This document shows positions 9,067 through 17,790 of a DNA stretch of 38,963 nucleotides, piece after piece (the first letter of the stretch is position 1; every line of letters starts with the position of its first letter). The DNA lies in IMG/VR virus record IMGVR_UViG_3300040807_003040, positions 1 to 38,963 of that record, one strand, 5' to 3'. The DNA comes from a virus. Lineage: Duplodnaviria > Caudoviricetes. Made by a program: the position numbers and the translations under genes. The notes below the pieces were generated by a model. The model was not told where the DNA came from and searched no databases. It saw nothing but the letters and a program-made list of their open reading frames with translations.

Positions 9067-10209
9067 ATGATTCACCAAGCAAGCCGCGATCTCGTGGCAA
9101 CAGTCAACGCCGCCGCGCGGGACGCCATGGCTGAGTCCATGGACGCCGCGATCCGAGCGGACGGCCACGCCGCCCCCATGAGCCCTGAGCGGGTCCTGGT
9201 CAAGCGCCACCTACTCGCACGCGCGGACGCCCTCGGGGTGGACGTGGAGAGCCCACGCGGCCAGCGGTGGCTCCGTGAGTGTGCGCGCATCATCCTCCGC
9301 CCCTCGGAGGCCCGCGCGGACGCCGCCTACTATGACGGCACCCTCCGGACGCCCTACAGCGGATCGATCCTGATGACGCCGACCCAAGACCGGGCCGACA
9401 TCCTCAGCGGGATCCCCGTGCGACAGGTGGCCGCCGGCGCCAAGACCTACATGCTTCGCGGCGCGTCCGTGGCGGGTGAGGCTCAGCCCTACGCGGAGGG
9501 CCGATCCAGCTACCCCCGCCCGTCCTATGACCTCACGGAGTCCGAGGCCCCGCTGGGTTATTGGTGCTTCGAGATCCCGGATCGGTGGTTGTCTAGCATG
9601 TACGACAGCTTCGCCGGCCTGGACGTGGCGAGCATGGACCTGCGGGCTATGCGTATGGCATTCACCGAGGCCGAATATTCGACCCGGATCAGCGGCTACG
9701 GCCCCCTTGGTGGGTTGTTTGGTATCGGGATCCCGGAACTGACCAGCGCCCAGACCTACACCGGATCCACGGCGATCGAGGACCTCTATTCTGATTTCCT
9801 CGCCCTCGTGGATGAGGGGCGACTGAGCAACCCGACCGGGGGCGTCTATGACACCCTGATCGTGTCCGATCGCCCGTGGTACCGCATGAGCCACTCCACC
9901 AACCTCGGATCGGGTGGTAGCACGGACGCACAGACTCAGATCGTCGCGGCCCTCCAGGCGCGCGGGATCTCCCGGATCGTCGTGGGCCGCTCGCTCCGTG
10001 ACGTGGACGGCGGCACGGACGTGGACGGCGCGCTCCTATTCCAGTCCTCGGACGAATTCGGGCTTGCTCAGGTTCGACAAATGGGCGCTACCCCGGTCCA
10101 TACCTACCAGACGGCCAACGGTTCAAACACCGTCTACGCCGCAAGCTGGGGCGGCCTGGAGTGTCCCAAGCCTGAGACGGCCCTCCTCCTCAAGCTCCCC
10201 ACCTCGTGA
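9067..10209 (+). CDS. Major capsid protein (DUF2184/HK97-fold type) with N-terminal propeptide
   Basis: 380 aa, follows decoration gene, precedes head-tail adaptor; GY..LGGLFG, YDTLIVS, WGGLECPKPETAL motifs. Confidence 0.8.
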   Translation: MIHQASRDLVATVNAAARDAMAESMDAAIRADGHAAPMSPERVLVKRHLLARADALGVDVESPRGQRWLRECARIILRPSEARADAAYYDGTLRTPYSGSILMTPTQDRADILSGIPVRQVAAGAKTYMLRGASVAGEAQPYAEGRSSYPRPSYDLTESEAPLGYWCFEIPDRWLSSMYDSFAGLDVASMDLRAMRMAFTEAEYSTRISGYGPLGGLFGIGIPELTSAQTYTGSTAIEDLYSDFLALVDEGRLSNPTGGVYDTLIVSDRPWYRMSHSTNLGSGGSTDAQTQIVAALQARGISRIVVGRSLRDVDGGTDVDGALLFQSSDEFGLAQVRQMGATPVHTYQTANGSNTVYAASWGGLECPKPETALLLKLPTS

Positions 10210-10218
10210 GTGTGATCC

Positions 10219-10620
10219 GTGTCCGTATACGATGACGCCCGCGCCCTAGCCCCGGAGATCGGAGGACTCTCGGACGCCACCCTGGCCCCGTTCCTACCGC
10301 TCGCTCAGGCTATGGTGGGCGTCTCGTGGTACGGCGCGGATTACGCCACCGCCCTAGCCCTGGCCCTGGCCCACCGCGCGATCCGCGCCCTGGCCAATTC
10401 GGGCGGGACCTCTGGGGGAGGCACGATCGGCGGCGGGGCCGTGGGACCCCTCACGGCTGCCTCCAACCGCGCCGCCTCCGTGAGCTATGGGGCGCCCCTC
10501 GGATCGTCGTCCGGCTACCTCTCCGCCGCGGACGCGGACCTGATGCTCACGGCGCCGGGTCAAGCCCTCCGCGTCCTCCGGGACTCCAAGGCCAGCAACA
10601 CGCCACAGGTGATCCTGTGA
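10219..10620 (+). CDS. Head-tail adaptor (DUF4054-like)
   Basis: RALAPEI, ALALALAH, SVSYG, LMLTAPGQ pattern; immediately after MCP. Confidence 0.75.
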   Translation: MSVYDDARALAPEIGGLSDATLAPFLPLAQAMVGVSWYGADYATALALALAHRAIRALANSGGTSGGGTIGGGAVGPLTAASNRAASVSYGAPLGSSSGYLSAADADLMLTAPGQALRVLRDSKASNTPQVIL

Positions 10621-11126
10621 CCAAGCCGCGCCGTGTCTCGGACGTGATCCGGGACCTGGAGGCCCTGGCCGGATTTGAGATCCGACTAGGGATCCAGGGT
10701 GACCTAGCCCGCGCCCTCAAGACCTGGACGGGGCCGGATGACCAGATCGAGATCGATCCCGATCTCACCCTCGTGGAGGTGGCGGTGGCCCTGGAATACG
10801 GGACCGAGACCACCCCGGAATACGCGCCCTATAGGACCTCCGCGGAGGCGGACGGCCCCCGGTGGCTACGTGCTACCCGGACGCGGATCCAGTCCTACGC
10901 TGAGACCGGGGACGCCGTGAGCCTGGAGACCGGCCTCCGTCAAGTGGCGGTGGCCATGGTCCAAGACCAGAAAGCGAAGATCGTGGAGATCGACGAACCG
11001 CCTAACAGCCAAGAGACGATCGACCGGAAAGGCTCAGACAACCCCATGATCGACACGGGCCAATTCCTCAATTCACAGCGCGCCCTCCTCGTGATCCCCG
11101 GCGCGCCTCCATTCCTGGCCGGGTGA
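10617..11126 (+). CDS. Neck/tail completion protein (HK97 gp10-like)
   Basis: VAVALEYGT, PPNSQETIDRKGSDNPMIDTGQF; GTG 10617 overlaps the previous stop. Confidence 0.75.
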   Translation: MTKPRRVSDVIRDLEALAGFEIRLGIQGDLARALKTWTGPDDQIEIDPDLTLVEVAVALEYGTETTPEYAPYRTSAEADGPRWLRATRTRIQSYAETGDAVSLETGLRQVAVAMVQDQKAKIVEIDEPPNSQETIDRKGSDNPMIDTGQFLNSQRALLVIPGAPPFLAG

Positions 11127-11129
11127 CCC

Positions 11130-11519
11130 ATGGCCCTACCCCTCCCCGGACTGGACGCGGCCGTGAGTGTCACGCGCCACCGATACGGCGCCCAGACGAT
11201 CGGATCGGACGGGCGCCCCGTGAGGGCCGCGGAGTCCTCCACCGTGATCCGCGCCGTCGTCCGGGACCTGGACCTCTCCGAGATCCGCGCCCTCCCGGAG
11301 GGGTGGCGTGAGACGGCCTCTGTGGGCGTCACGACGTCCGAGGACCTCCGGACGGGAGACGATACCGCCGGGACCTGGCCGGACGTCGTGGAGGTGGACG
11401 GAGAGCGTCACACGGTGGTCAAGGTCGGCAGCGGCCCACCCGTGGGACCCCTTCCCCGTGTCTACGATGCGATCTGTATCCGTGAGCCGGCCCGCGGGCC
11501 GCGGGGGTGGACGCCGTGA
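11130..11519 (+). CDS. Head closure protein
   Basis: IRALPEGWR, DVVEVDGERHTVVKV; synteny in the neck cluster. Confidence 0.65.
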   Translation: MALPLPGLDAAVSVTRHRYGAQTIGSDGRPVRAAESSTVIRAVVRDLDLSEIRALPEGWRETASVGVTTSEDLRTGDDTAGTWPDVVEVDGERHTVVKVGSGPPVGPLPRVYDAICIREPARGPRGWTP

Positions 11520-12043
11520 CCCGTGAGCAGATCCGCCAAGCCGTCCGCGGACTGATCAAGACGGCCCTATCCCTCCCGGACGCTCAGGTCCTCGTGGCGG
11601 ACTCCGCCGGGACCGTCCCCGCCGGGTCCGATCCTTTCCTCACAGTCAACGTGATCGACGGCGCCGCGGTGGATCACCAGTCCGCCCCGGTGGCCGTGGC
11701 CGGGTCTCCGCGCCTCCGTGTGAGTACACAGCGCCGCGTCCGCGTGAGCGTCAACGCCTACGGCTACCAGGCGGAGGAGTACCTCCAGACGGTGGGCGCC
11801 GTGTGGTACTCTACCCACCCGGACATGGACGCCGTGAGGGCCGCGGGACTCACGCCGGGGAAGCCCACGCCGATCCGTGAGCTACGCGCCACCGTGGACC
11901 GCTACCCGTCTCCCCGCTACCAGGTGGACCTCATAGGATACCACCGCGTCACCCTCTCCGATGCTACGATAGGCACGATCGACCAGATCGACGTGGATCA
12001 GACTCTCGGAGGGGTGACCCTCCCCACCTACACGATCACCTGA
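11516..12043 (+). CDS. Tail/neck terminator protein
   Basis: PFLTVNVI, VRVSVNAYG, RYQVDL; directly upstream of sheath; GTGA overlap. Confidence 0.65.
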   Translation: MTREQIRQAVRGLIKTALSLPDAQVLVADSAGTVPAGSDPFLTVNVIDGAAVDHQSAPVAVAGSPRLRVSTQRRVRVSVNAYGYQAEEYLQTVGAVWYSTHPDMDAVRAAGLTPGKPTPIRELRATVDRYPSPRYQVDLIGYHRVTLSDATIGTIDQIDVDQTLGGVTLPTYTIT

Positions 12044-12050
12044 GGACACC

Positions 12051-13127
12051 ATGGCCGCTACACCTCCGAGCTATATAGAGAGCGCGATCTCCGTCTCCGT
12101 CGTGGACGGGACCGCGATCGACATCACCACAGACTTTGACGTGGCGATCGTCGCGGACATCACGGGCGGGAGCGCCGCGGGGGACGTCTACCGCGAGTAC
12201 GCCGCCGCCTCCGCCGTGACCCAGGCCGCCACGGACCTCACGGCCGGCGACATTACCCAGATCGTCCACGATCAGATCGTGGCGATCTACAGTCAGGAGA
12301 AAGTCCCCAACACCACCACCGTGATCAAGCTAGGAGCCGGTACCTACGCCGCCGCGATCTCCGCCGCGGAGGCCAACGGCTACCGCGCCCCGTGGAATTT
12401 CGCGTACCTCCTGATCGACTCACGGACGGCCGCGGACATTGTGGACGCGTCTGGCGCCGCGGAGTCCCGGGACCTCCTCCTCGTGGCTCAGTCCTCGGAC
12501 GCGGACTGGCTCACGGCCTCCCTCCCGTCCGGGTTCACCTCGATCGCCACGGCTACCAAGACCCTGATCGTGTATGAGGACACGGACGGCGCCGCGGTGG
12601 ACGCGGCCTGGGTGGGACGCCTGGCCGGGACCGCCTCGGACACTGAGCGCCAATCCGGGATCGTGAGGCTAAACGGGCTCACGGAATACGGGACCCTCCT
12701 CACGGCTACCCAGCGCGGCCACCTCTCGGACAACCGGGCGAGCTACCACCAAATCACGATCCCCGGCGGATCCACCCGGAACATGGCGATCGCCAAGACC
12801 CTGAGCGCGCGGACCTTCTCTCTCGCGTTCGCCCTCCTCTGGACTAAGGTCCGATTGACTGAGGCCCTCGGAGAGGTCCTAGCCACGGAGATCGCCCGGG
12901 GTACCGAGCTAACCAACGACGAGCCCGGTAAGGACAAGATCCGCGCCGCCGTCCGTGAGGTCATGCTCACGGGACAGGTCCCGCCCTACTTCGGACCCTC
13001 CGCGGACTACCCGGAGGCATACGAGATCACGTCCCTCACGGTCTCCGGGACCGCGGCCACCGTGGCCGTTACCGCTAATTTCATCGAGGGGATCCGCACG
13101 GTCTCCGCGTCCGTTACCCTCGTCTGA
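12051..13127 (+). CDS. Tail sheath protein (compact, DUF3383-like)
   Basis: 358 aa between terminator and tube; DAAWVGRLA, LTATQRGHL..N, W.KVRLTEAL, C-terminal GIRTVSASVTLV; contractile baseplate genes downstream. Confidence 0.7.
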   Translation: MAATPPSYIESAISVSVVDGTAIDITTDFDVAIVADITGGSAAGDVYREYAAASAVTQAATDLTAGDITQIVHDQIVAIYSQEKVPNTTTVIKLGAGTYAAAISAAEANGYRAPWNFAYLLIDSRTAADIVDASGAAESRDLLLVAQSSDADWLTASLPSGFTSIATATKTLIVYEDTDGAAVDAAWVGRLAGTASDTERQSGIVRLNGLTEYGTLLTATQRGHLSDNRASYHQITIPGGSTRNMAIAKTLSARTFSLAFALLWTKVRLTEALGEVLATEIARGTELTNDEPGKDKIRAAVREVMLTGQVPPYFGPSADYPEAYEITSLTVSGTAATVAVTANFIEGIRTVSASVTLV

Positions 13128-13139
13128 TAGGAGGCCACC

Positions 13140-13601
13140 ATGGCAGCCGGCACGATCGACCTATCCCGCGCGTCCTTAGTCCTCTCCACCACGGGACAGA
13201 TCCCCCCGTCCGGGGCGGACACGTTCCTCACGGGTACCTTTCCTGAGGTGGTGGAGTCCGTGAGCACCATGAGCGACGGTCAAGCCGTCCGCCGCGTCCG
13301 TCAACCGGGCGCCATGGACTTCACGATCACCTGTGGAAAACACTCCGAGGCCCACCGCCTCCTCGGTACCAAGTGGGACCGGGAGACCGCACAGCGCGCG
13401 GGACGCCTCAAGATCGAGGGGGAAGCACTGATCGCGACTGATCCCACGTCCGGGACCGTGTTCGCGGCGGCGGAGGTGGTGATCAAGCAACCGCCCGCCC
13501 TCTCCATGGACTCCTCCGCTGAGGTGACGTGGGTCCTTACGGGCACCAAGATTAACGCCGTGTATGGCCGCCTGATCCCCGTGGGTGGGGGCGCCGCGTG
13601 A
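13140..13601 (+). CDS. Tail tube protein
   Basis: 153 aa after sheath; FTIT..HSEAHRLL, IKQPPAL, VTWVL; AGGAGG SD. Confidence 0.7.
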   Translation: MAAGTIDLSRASLVLSTTGQIPPSGADTFLTGTFPEVVESVSTMSDGQAVRRVRQPGAMDFTITCGKHSEAHRLLGTKWDRETAQRAGRLKIEGEALIATDPTSGTVFAAAEVVIKQPPALSMDSSAEVTWVLTGTKINAVYGRLIPVGGGAA

Positions 13602-14101
13602 TCTCCGTGAGCTATCAGGGCCGGGAGTATACTCACCCGGGCTACCCCTCCCCGCGCGCGATGTTCGCGATCGCCCGCCGGGCCGCGGTGGCCCTAGACG
13701 GCCCGGTGGTCTCTCTTGTCCCGCGCCTCCTCGGATCCTACGCACAGATCGCGGCCTCCGCGGACTCCGCCGTGGCCGCCGGCGTGGGGACCGTGGCCGC
13801 CCACCGGGACGCGGTGGCGGAGGCCCTCCAGGGCCGCCCCCTCTCCGCCCTCCTGGAGGACCTCACGTCTGAGGCCGTCCTGGACCTCGTGGATGAGGTA
13901 CTCCGCGGCGCCACCGTGGACGGCGCGCCCGCCGGGTCCACGCACGCGTGGCACGCCTCGGGGGACCCGTGGGGGCCTCACGCCGTGGCGGCCCTGATCC
14001 TCTGGACGGCTCAGGGTTTCAGTTGGCCCGGTGGCTCCAGCGGCGCCACCGGGAAACAGGCACCCAAGCCGGGATCCCGTCGTGGGCGATCGAAGCGTTA
14101 G
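13598..14101 (+). CDS. Tail assembly chaperone (G)
   Basis: Between tube and tape measure; contains an in-frame slippery heptamer. Confidence 0.7.
   Translation: MISVSYQGREYTHPGYPSPRAMFAIARRAAVALDGPVVSLVPRLLGSYAQIAASADSAVAAGVGTVAAHRDAVAEALQGRPLSALLEDLTSEAVLDLVDEVLRGATVDGAPAGSTHAWHASGDPWGPHAVAALILWTAQGFSWPGGSSGATGKQAPKPGSRRGRSKR
14014..14020 (+). other. Programmed -1 frameshift site G GGT TTC
   Basis: X XXY YYZ phased correctly in the 13598 frame; a -1 shift enters the frame that ends at 14310 (GFQLARW...ALKGAQ). Confidence 0.75.
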
Positions 14102-14310
14102 ACGGTGACCCGGAGGACCCGGACCTCGTGAGCGCGTGGATCTCCGTGGGCCTCTCTGAGCGCCTCGGACGCCCCGGCCTCACGGCCGCGCGCCTCATGC
14201 CTCCGGAGGACCTGATCCGGTCCCTCCTACTCCTGGAGGCGTTCCGTGGTATGGATAGGTTCCGGGCTATGCAGCGGCGCGCCCTGGCCGCGTTGAAGGG
14301 GGCTCAGTGA
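14014..14310 (+). CDS. Tail assembly chaperone frameshift extension (GT C-terminal part)
   Basis: Open -1 frame from the slippery site to TGA 14308-14310, overlapping the tape measure start. Confidence 0.7.
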   Translation, partial: GFQLARWLQRRHRETGTQAGIPSWAIEALDGDPEDPDLVSAWISVGLSERLGRPGLTAARLMPPEDLIRSLLLLEAFRGMDRFRAMQRRALAALKGAQ

Positions 14311-15854
14311 TAGTCGAGGATCTCGTCCTCCGCCTCCGCGGGATGGTGGACCCGGACGTGGACAAGATCAAAAAGTCCGCCACCGAGGCCGCCGCCGCCG
14401 TGGCCGCCATGGCCGCCGCCCTGGCCGCCCTCACGGTGGCCTCCGCTCAGGCCGTGAGAGAGCAGACCCGATTGGCGGAGGGCCTCGGGGAGACGGTCCA
14501 GACGGTCCAAGAGCTTGGATTTGCGTTCCGTCGTTTCGGTGCAGACGAGGCGGATCTAGCGGACGCCCTGGCTACGATCTCCGATCGGGCTGAGGATGCT
14601 AAGGGGGGGATGCAGTCTTTTATAGATGACTTCGCCCTTGTGGGCGTGGCCGTGGACGACCTCCGGGATAAGAGCCCCGCCCAGCTATTCGAGACGTTTA
14701 TCCAGGCCGCGTCTGAGACGGCGGACGCCAACAAGCGAGTAACCGCCGCCGTCCGGGTGTTTGGTGATGACCTCGGGCGGAAACTGCTACCCCTCCTCAC
14801 GCGCGGGACCTCCGAGCTAGACGCCCTCAAGGCGGAGGCCCGGGACCTCGGCCTCGTCTTGGACGACGCCACCGCCGCCGCGGCGGAGGACCTCTCAGAC
14901 GGCCTGGACGCCCTCACGGCGCGCGTGGGTGGCCTCGTGACCGGCCTCGGTCTCCGCCTGATCCCCACCGGTCAGATCCTAGTCCGCGAATTTGGCCGCC
15001 TCCTGGACGTGATCCAGCCCCTGATCTCCCGTGGTTTCGATCTCCTGGCCTCGTCTATTGAGCGCGCCGCGGCGGCCCTGGAGACGCCGGCGGGGCGGAT
15101 CGTGGCCGTCCTAGCCGGGGGCGCGGGAACCGTGGGCGTGGCCGGCGCCATGACTAAGGCTGTGGCCATGGTCCCGGTATTCGGGACCGCCCTAGCCGGA
15201 CTAGCGACGAAGTTAGGCGCCAGCCTCTCCGCCCTGGCCGCACCGCTGGCGATCCTAGCCGGGATCGCCCTGGCCCTGGACGACCTAAACGCCGCCGCGG
15301 AGGGACGGGCCTCTCTCACGGGTACCCTGGCCGATCAGCTAGGACTAGGAGACGAGACACGGGACGCCCTCAAGGGGATCAAGACGCTACTGGAGGAGGT
15401 GGCGGACGCTTTCGGATTCCTGGCCCGCGCCGTCGTGGACGCGGTGGCGGACATGATCCCGGAATTCGAGTGGATCGAGGACGCCCAGCGCGGCCTGATC
15501 CGGTTCTCCCGGGCCGTCCGGGCGATCGGCCGGACCGCCCTAGAGAGTACCGAGGAGGCGACCACCCGCGCCGCGCGTGGTTTTGACCTGGCCGCACGGT
15601 ACGCCGCCGGGGAGGCCGGGGTGGAGATGGTGCCGGACGCCCTCGGAGCGGGTGGCGTGACGGGGGCGGTAATCGGGACCGCCATGGACGCGCGCTCCCA
15701 GGCCCTCTCCACGTCCGCGATCTCTCCGCTGGACACGTTACCCCCGGTCTCGGTCACGGTCTCCACAGGCCCCTCCAGAGACGAGATAGCGCGGGCTGCC
15801 GGGGCGGAGGTAGAGAGACAGGTCCGATCGGCCCTCGTGGAATCTGGAGGCTGA
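14307..15854 (+). CDS. Tape measure protein
   Basis: MIVEDLVLRL N-terminus, Ala-rich helical 515 aa, hydrophobic mid segment, follows chaperone. Confidence 0.85.
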   Translation: MIVEDLVLRLRGMVDPDVDKIKKSATEAAAAVAAMAAALAALTVASAQAVREQTRLAEGLGETVQTVQELGFAFRRFGADEADLADALATISDRAEDAKGGMQSFIDDFALVGVAVDDLRDKSPAQLFETFIQAASETADANKRVTAAVRVFGDDLGRKLLPLLTRGTSELDALKAEARDLGLVLDDATAAAAEDLSDGLDALTARVGGLVTGLGLRLIPTGQILVREFGRLLDVIQPLISRGFDLLASSIERAAAALETPAGRIVAVLAGGAGTVGVAGAMTKAVAMVPVFGTALAGLATKLGASLSALAAPLAILAGIALALDDLNAAAEGRASLTGTLADQLGLGDETRDALKGIKTLLEEVADAFGFLARAVVDAVADMIPEFEWIEDAQRGLIRFSRAVRAIGRTALESTEEATTRAARGFDLAARYAAGEAGVEMVPDALGAGGVTGAVIGTAMDARSQALSTSAISPLDTLPPVSVTVSTGPSRDEIARAAGAEVERQVRSALVESGG

Positions 15855-15855
15855 G

Positions 15856-16383
15856 GTGAGTGAGACGGCGTATCTATACCGGGAGCGGGACGGGGGGATC
15901 GTGGAGATCGCGATCCCGGCCGCGTCGATCACCCGGCCGGCTATCGTGGCACAGCATCCGATGCAGTCCAGGACCACCACGTCCACCGGACGCGCGCGCC
16001 TCCCCACGTCGATCCAGGTCTCCGTGTATATCTCCACCTCGGACCTCGGACCGGATGAGGCTGAGCGCCTCCGCGTGGAGCTAGTGGACAGCGCGGAGAG
16101 GTGGCGCCTCTACACCCCCGGACGCCCGGGGATCCGGGATCTCGTGATCGGGACGACGGTGGAGCGGCGGGACGTGTACCAAGCCGTGATCGTGGATCTG
16201 GAGCTACAGGAGGCCCGCCTATTCCGCGTGACGGATGAGGCGATCGGGGCGCCGTCTCCACGTGAGGACGCCGCCGCCGGACTGGCCGCGGAGGAGGACC
16301 GGGGGACCGTCTCCACCCAAGAGCCGGATCAGGCTCAGGGGTCCTACATCGCGCGATTCCTCGGACTTGGGGAGGGGGGATAG
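15856..16383 (+). CDS. Baseplate/tube initiator (Dit-like) protein
   Basis: VAQHPMQ, VDLELQEARL pattern; position after tape measure. Confidence 0.6.
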   Translation: MSETAYLYRERDGGIVEIAIPAASITRPAIVAQHPMQSRTTTSTGRARLPTSIQVSVYISTSDLGPDEAERLRVELVDSAERWRLYTPGRPGIRDLVIGTTVERRDVYQAVIVDLELQEARLFRVTDEAIGAPSPREDAAAGLAAEEDRGTVSTQEPDQAQGSYIARFLGLGEGG

Positions 16384-16384
16384 T

Positions 16385-16696
16385 ATGGCCGCCGTCGTGA
16401 TACCCGTGGACGTGGGGGACGCCTACCGCCTCCGCCTGGACGTAGACCTCTCCGGAGTCTCCGTGACCCTCCGCCTCCAGTGGCGGGACGCGTCCGCCGG
16501 GTGGTATCTCTCCGCCGCCCTCCCGGACGGGACAAGCCTCAGAGACGGCGCGCGCCTGTGTACCGGGGCGGAGGTCCCGCTGGATCTCACCGTGGCCGGG
16601 GCGCCCTCTCCGGGCCGCCTGTATTGCCTCGGATCGCTGGAACTCACACAGCGCGATCGTCTCGGTGTGACCTCGTTTCTCACCTGGGTGGTGTGA
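16385..16696 (+). CDS. Baseplate plug-like protein
   Basis: VDLSGVSVTLRLQWRD..GWYLS..DG..L..G.RL.TG pattern; 103 aa; synteny. Confidence 0.65.
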   Translation: MAAVVIPVDVGDAYRLRLDVDLSGVSVTLRLQWRDASAGWYLSAALPDGTSLRDGARLCTGAEVPLDLTVAGAPSPGRLYCLGSLELTQRDRLGVTSFLTWVV

Positions 16697-16802
16697 TTTT
16701 TTTGCGCCTATCTCGTTTTTATTGTTGCGCGTTATCGTGAGTGTGCTATCTTGTTTGTGTCGGGGGGCGATGACCACCCCCCACGCAAGGAGAGACACCA
16801 TG
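16697..16802 (+). repeat. Cassette regulatory repeat copy 1 (T-tract, TTGCGC box, TGnTATCTT, GACCA hairpin, RBS, ATG)
   Basis: 106 nt with only 2 mismatches to 17159-17264. Confidence 0.92.
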
Positions 16803-17108
16803 ACCAACACCGGAAACATCACCCTCCCCAACGGCGACACGATCAGCGCGGGACAGGGCGGCAGCTACACCGTGGGATCAGACACCTACCCCGTGACAAT
16901 CGTGGGATGGTCCAAGAGCGGGAAGACCCTCTACTACCGGCGCGCCAAGCGCGTCACGCGCGGGTCCGACGTGTTCACACCGCGCCTGGACAAGCCCGTC
17001 CAGACGGCCACGTGGCGCGCCCGGGATGAGGTGTTTCGGCCTAAGGGCTGCGGGTGGTCCTCCATCCACACGGACGGATACATCTACGATCTTGACCGGG
17101 GCTTCTAG
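16800..17108 (+). CDS. Hypothetical protein (102 aa), cassette gene
   Basis: AAGGAG SD and ATG supplied by repeat copy 1; followed by a terminator. Confidence 0.75.
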   Translation: MTNTGNITLPNGDTISAGQGGSYTVGSDTYPVTIVGWSKSGKTLYYRRAKRVTRGSDVFTPRLDKPVQTATWRARDEVFRPKGCGWSSIHTDGYIYDLDRGF

Positions 17109-17127
17109 GAGGGGAGGGCGCCGCCCG

Positions 17128-17165
17128 GCCCACGATCCCCTCCCCGTGGGGGTCGTGGTTTTTTT
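17128..17165 (+). terminator. Intrinsic terminator (CCACGATCCCC family)
   Basis: CCACGATCCCC / GGGGGTCGTGG stem followed by T7. Confidence 0.8.
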
Positions 17166-17264
17166 GCGCCTATCTCGTTTTTATTGTTGCGCCTTATCGT
17201 GGGTGTGCTATCTTGTTTGTGTCGGGGGGCGATGACCACCCCCCACGCAAGGAGAGACACCATG
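17159..17264 (+). repeat. Cassette regulatory repeat copy 2
   Basis: Direct repeat of 16697-16802 at 462 bp spacing. Confidence 0.92.
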
Positions 17265-17426
17265 GATCGCTACTTCCGAATTGGCCGCGAGATTTACCGT
17301 GAGGGCCGCCACGGCCGCATCCCCGTTTACACCGCCGGGACGAAAACCGAGGCCGCCCTCAAGGTCCGAGCCCTAAACCACGGCGCCCGGGACTGGCGCG
17401 TGGTCGGCATTCGGACCCGCCGCTAG
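17262..17426 (+). CDS. Small basic hypothetical protein (54 aa), cassette gene
   Basis: SD and ATG from repeat copy 2; MDRYFRIGREIYREGRHG... Confidence 0.7.
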   Translation: MDRYFRIGREIYREGRHGRIPVYTAGTKTEAALKVRALNHGARDWRVVGIRTRR

Positions 17427-17491
17427 ACCCCCCCCGCCGCCCCACGGCCCCGCGTGGTATCGTGAGGGCGGCCACCATAGGAGACGACACC

Positions 17492-17608
17492 ATGACCGAC
17501 CAACACAACCGAGACCCCTACGAGACCACCGCGCGCGCCCTGATCGGGCTCCTGATCCTGTGTTCCTGGCTAGCCGCGATCGCCGTGGCGCTGGGGGTGG
17601 TTCAGTGA
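17492..17608 (+). CDS. Small membrane peptide (38 aa)
   Basis: Not in ORF track; AGGAGACGACACC-ATG; MTDQHNRDPYETTARALIGLLILCSWLAAIAVALGVVQ, one hydrophobic helix. Confidence 0.6.
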   Translation: MTDQHNRDPYETTARALIGLLILCSWLAAIAVALGVVQ

Positions 17609-17790
17609 CCGCCGCGGCCTCGTGTCTCCTGGAGGCGTGGGCGCTCGTCGTCCTCTCCCTCCTGGCCTCCGTCCCCGTCCATCAATCCGGGCTCACCCTG
17701 GACCCGGTGGACGCCACCCTGGCCGCCTTCTGTGTCCTCACGTGGCTGCGCCTCGTGGCCGGACTGGCCGCCCCAGAGGTGGCGCCGTGA
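17605..17790 (+). CDS. Small membrane protein (61 aa, two hydrophobic segments)
   Basis: GTGA overlaps at both ends. Confidence 0.55.
   Translation: MTAAASCLLEAWALVVLSLLASVPVHQSGLTLDPVDATLAAFCVLTWLRLVAGLAAPEVAP

Noticed and set aside
14051-14057. GGGAAAC as the chaperone slippery site
   Set aside because: It reads GGG AAA C in the 13598 frame, the wrong phase for X XXY YYZ; GGGTTTC at 14014 is correctly phased.
16722-16799. N-terminal extensions of ORF-track calls through the repeats (16722, 17184, 25366, 37364, 37750) giving similar peptides
   Set aside because: They are translations of the non-coding repeat; the SD-associated ATGs lie downstream.
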